A program made the position numbers and the translations under genes. Of a stretch of 64,000 nt of DNA, positions 57,433-64,000 are shown one piece after another; position 1 is the stretch's first letter, and each line of letters opens with the position of its first letter. The stretch covers positions 186,001-250,000 of the forward strand of contig NIVC01000110.1 in NCBI GenBank assembly GCA_002269645.1, in the 5' to 3' direction. This DNA is from Macrostomum lignano (taxonomy: Eukaryota). The notes beneath the pieces were generated by a model. It was given only the letters and a program-made list of their open reading frames with translations, was not told the DNA's origin and searched no databases.

Positions 57433-58215
57433 TTAGTCAAAAGGCGACACGCACTCGCACAGAACGGACGTCGAGCGCGCGTCCATAGAATTGGCGTCAA
57501 CCAGAAGTCCAGGAAAATTCCTGGCAATGGCAGTTGCTTTGTCCTCTTGAAAATTATTTGGCTGATCGGTGGTCCACAGGCTGCTGTCAATCGGGCTGCC
57601 GCAGGTCGCCCACGTCCATCCGCCTGACGGCTCCGCACTGCCGGGCTGCTGTAGACCGCCGAGCCACACGGAGGTCTGAGGCGACAGCGACTCGTTGCGC
57701 ACCCGGTCCAGGTGGCTCAGCTCGGCGAGGTCGGCAGCGTCGGCCATGACGACGAGACCGGGCTCGGACTCGCACCTCAGTCGGCTCTGCTCCCAGTTCC
57801 CGGAGCCGTTGTACGCCATGTACTTCACTCCGCACCGGCCGTGTCCGAAGCCGCTCGGACACAGCGAGCCGGACGTCAGACCCGACCGCTGCTTGACGAA
57901 CAGCCGACCGCGCTGCGAGCAGCCGCAGTCCGAGCGCACCGACCGGCTGCAGGCGTCGAACACGAAGAGTCGGCAGGCGGTGGAGTCGCCGTCCGGAGCT
58001 CCGAACGCCTGGCAGCGCGGGTTGCGGCTGCAGAGCATCGCGCAGCCCAGAGCGCCTTCGACTTCCGGGCGCGTCTGGACGAACTCGCTGGCAACGCACA
58101 GGAGGGCATCGATGGCCGAGTATCCCGTGCCGCTGCTGATGCTGGTTGCAGAAATCATAATTTCTTCACGACTGCTGACCCAAAGGATTAACAACAGCAG
58201 ATAATTCGAGGTCAT
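57433..58215 (-). CDS. Secreted PAN/Apple + C-type lectin-like protein, copy 2, intronless, 260 aa
   Basis: Hydrophobic N-terminus; PAN-like 'CAMLCSRNPRCQAF......CRL'; CTLD motifs 'NW..SRLRC', 'VWLGG', 'WTW..G', 'QPNN', terminal 'VLCE'. Confidence 0.85.
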   Translation of the reverse strand: MTSNYLLLLILWVSSREEIMISATSISSGTGYSAIDALLCVASEFVQTRPEVEGALGCAMLCSRNPRCQAFGAPDGDSTACRLFVFDACSRSVRSDCGCSQRGRLFVKQRSGLTSGSLCPSGFGHGRCGVKYMAYNGSGNWEQSRLRCESEPGLVVMADAADLAELSHLDRVRNESLSPQTSVWLGGLQQPGSAEPSGGWTWATCGSPIDSSLWTTDQPNNFQEDKATAIARNFPGLLVDANSMDARSTSVLCECVSPFD

Positions 58216-59264
58216 TTTTGCTACGATTTTAACTTTCTGTGAAAAAGCTTAAGTTTCCCTTAGACTTTTTTCAGGCTTTAGGCACTAGCTAATTTTGAGT
58301 GCAGGTGTAAAGCTGGTGTATTTATCCCTATTAGCCGTGAGACATTTAAAGCAGCGTAGCAGAAAGGCACTCAAAATAACAACAGGTGTTGTTAATTTTC
58401 TTGAATTAATTATTTATAAAATTTAATGGGAAAACTCTATATTAAATATACTCTCGAAAACTACTTAAAGTAGTTTAAAGAAAAATTTCTCTAAAACTAG
58501 AAAAACAATATTAGACAGAAACGACGTACACAATCAGTTTGCAAAGACCAGCTTCCAGTAGATATGGAGTCGTTGATTCGTGAGTACGGAGTTCTCCGCC
58601 ATCGATGCAGTATGTAGAAATTGGAATTCGAGTACATTCTATAGCTTTAGAGCATAATTTTTATATCAGCTGTAGAGTTTACTCTCAATCTGAGTCTACA
58701 CGGGTCAAAACAGTGCACCAAAATGAGAGAGAAAAGTCTAAAGCGCCAGCAACCGCTGAGCATCTTGAGTTCAAGTAGCAACCCCCCTTACCCTAAGAAA
58801 TATGGGCAGCAATAAATGAGATGAGCTGATATCTGAGTGGAACACGCAGACACCCGTGCACTCTGCAGGGCCTCCCTCTTGATGAGGCCATTTTTGCGTG
58901 CATAAATGACTTAGCAAACAAGAGATGCTGGCGTGCCTGGACTGCCTGAGAGAGAATTTGATTGAGGAGGATTTTTGCGGCAGCTATAAGGGAACTGCAG
59001 GGTTCTCAGTCTCCAGTCTCCAGGCCTTGCTGCTTCTTATATTCAGTCAGAGTAGAGTTCAGATCAGATTAGTGTATTTGGGTAAATAGGTGACGTTAAT
59101 TCAAAATTGGAGTAGGCGAGATCAGAATAGAGGCAAGATTAGAGTTGGTGAGATTAGATTTGAGTCCAGCTTGAAGTAGATGAGGTTAGAATAGAGGTGA
59201 GATAAGTGTAGAATTACGATTAGAAGCTAGTTGAAGTTAGAGTTAGGTTAAAGTCGAATAGGTG

Positions 59265-59640
59265 GGATTAGAGTAGAGGAGAGAATAAAGTAGTGACGGG
59301 ATGGGATTAGAGTAGAGGTGAGAATAGAGTAGTGACGGGATGAGATTAGAGTAGAGGTGAGAATAGAGTAGTGACGGGATGAGATTAGAGTAGAGGTGAG
59401 AATAGAGTAGTGACCGGATGAGATTCGAGTAGAGGTGAGAATAGAGTAGCGATGGGATGAGATTAGAGTAGAGGTGAGAATAGAGTAGTGACGGGATGAG
59501 ATTAGAGTAGAGGTGACAATAGAGTAGTGACGGGATGAGATTAGAGTAGAGGTGACAATAGAGTAGTGACGGGATGAGATTAGAGTAGAGGTGAGAATAG
59601 AGTAGTGACGGGATGAGATTAGAGAAGAGGTGAGAATAGA
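59265..59640. repeat. 39-bp purine-rich minisatellite
   Basis: Unit GAGTAGAGGTGAGAATAGAGTAGTGACGGGATGAGATTA, about 9 copies. Confidence 0.93.
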
Positions 59641-60424
59641 GTTGATACTAGCATAGGAGAGGCTGTAGTCGAGTCGAAAGTGGAGTAGATGAGATGAGAT
59701 TAAGAGTAGAGGTGAGATAGAAGTAGGCAAGATTTGAAGAGGTGAAGTTAGAGAGTGAGATTAGAGATTACAGTAGAGTTAGGTAAGATTAAGAGTGATC
59801 GAAAGTTGAGTAAGATATTTTTGTTGCTAAAATCCGATAAAATTTAAAACTAAAACAAAAAAAAACCGAAAAGGACAAAATGCATCTCCATGATATGAGA
59901 CTAGATCTATTGAGATAAGACTGTGTAAAATAGAAAGAGTAGATACAATGGTGCAAACTCAGACCTCATTAAATTTAATTAGTCACCGCAAACGACAAGT
60001 ACCATTTAATTTTATTTGTTTAAATTCTTTTTTTCCAAAAAAAGTCACTTTTAATGGTTCAACCGTTTCCGGAAAATGCAAATGCGATCTGTTCAACCGG
60101 AGTGCCGTCCCCCCAGGGGGTCAGAGAGTGGCTGAGCGGACGATTCGGGCAATAAAAATACTGATCTGCCAATTCATTCCCCCAATTTCGTGTGCAGATT
60201 TTCGGAATTCGAAATGCATTTCGAACAGCCAATCACATGAGAGGTGCATCGCGGGTTCTCCCTACTTATTGGCAATCGCTCAGCAATTCTTCGAGGTGCA
60301 GTAGGTTTTTGATTGCAATTGCTTCAAATAAAAGAGATTAGCAGAGTGTGTAAGTGGAAATTGCGACTAAAAAGAGAAGGAATCCCGTTTCAAAAACGTG
60401 CTTAAACTTTCTCGGTGAGTTGGT

Positions 60425-60568
60425 GACATCCTGATATAGAATGAGGACATCCTGATGTAGAATAAGGACATACTGATATACTCGTAGAATGAGGGCATAC
60501 TGATATAGAAGGAGGGCATCCTGATATAGAAGGAGGGCATCCTGATATAGAAGGAGGGCATCCTGATT
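60425..60568 (+). repeat. 21-bp minisatellite family Y (upstream of the GPCR ATG)
   Basis: Unit GACATCCTGATATAGAATGAG with GAAGGAGGG variants. Confidence 0.88.
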
Positions 60569-60721
60569 CAAGTCAGTATATCATTTAAGTAGCATGGATT
60601 TTAGCTCAACATCATGGATATTTTTATTACTTTTCTTACATGAAATTTCAAACCAAGCTGGAACAAGGGAAGGCAAAACTTATCCCCTAACCGTCTACTT
60701 TCAGTAGCAAAAACCACAACA

Positions 60722-64000
<3,279 letters not shown>

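Overview
Eukaryotic (animal) genomic DNA with GC-rich exons, AT-rich introns and very many minisatellites. The style and gene content suggest a free-living flatworm such as Macrostomum, but this is inference only. Most long ORFs in the supplied track are artefacts of tandem repeats, so genes were rebuilt by hand from GT-AG junctions. In order, the window holds: an intronless stand-alone Fic-domain gene (-); a decayed non-LTR retroelement RNase H fragment; a 16-exon nardilysin (+, about 1121 aa); a convergent 6-exon PAQR3-like gene (-, about 346 aa); a decayed piggyBac transposase; three homologous exon-like modules; a decayed Gypsy-like remnant; a 2-exon, about 1575-aa channel joining seven highly similar 73-aa ankyrin-type units to a TRPM-like membrane domain; a PAN/Apple+LamG-like gene; two tandem PAN/Apple+C-type-lectin genes, one frameshifted; and the 5' part of a class A GPCR. 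Most introns longer than about 300 bp carry their own minisatellite. Two hAT-type MITEs with 8-bp TSDs and a Harbinger-like MITE sit in nardilysin introns. The best candidates for new biology are the ankyrin-array TRP channel, whose repeats vary at predicted binding positions, the compact Fic gene, the lectin pair with divergence focused on the ligand-binding loop, and the intronic minisatellite pattern. No database searches were run.
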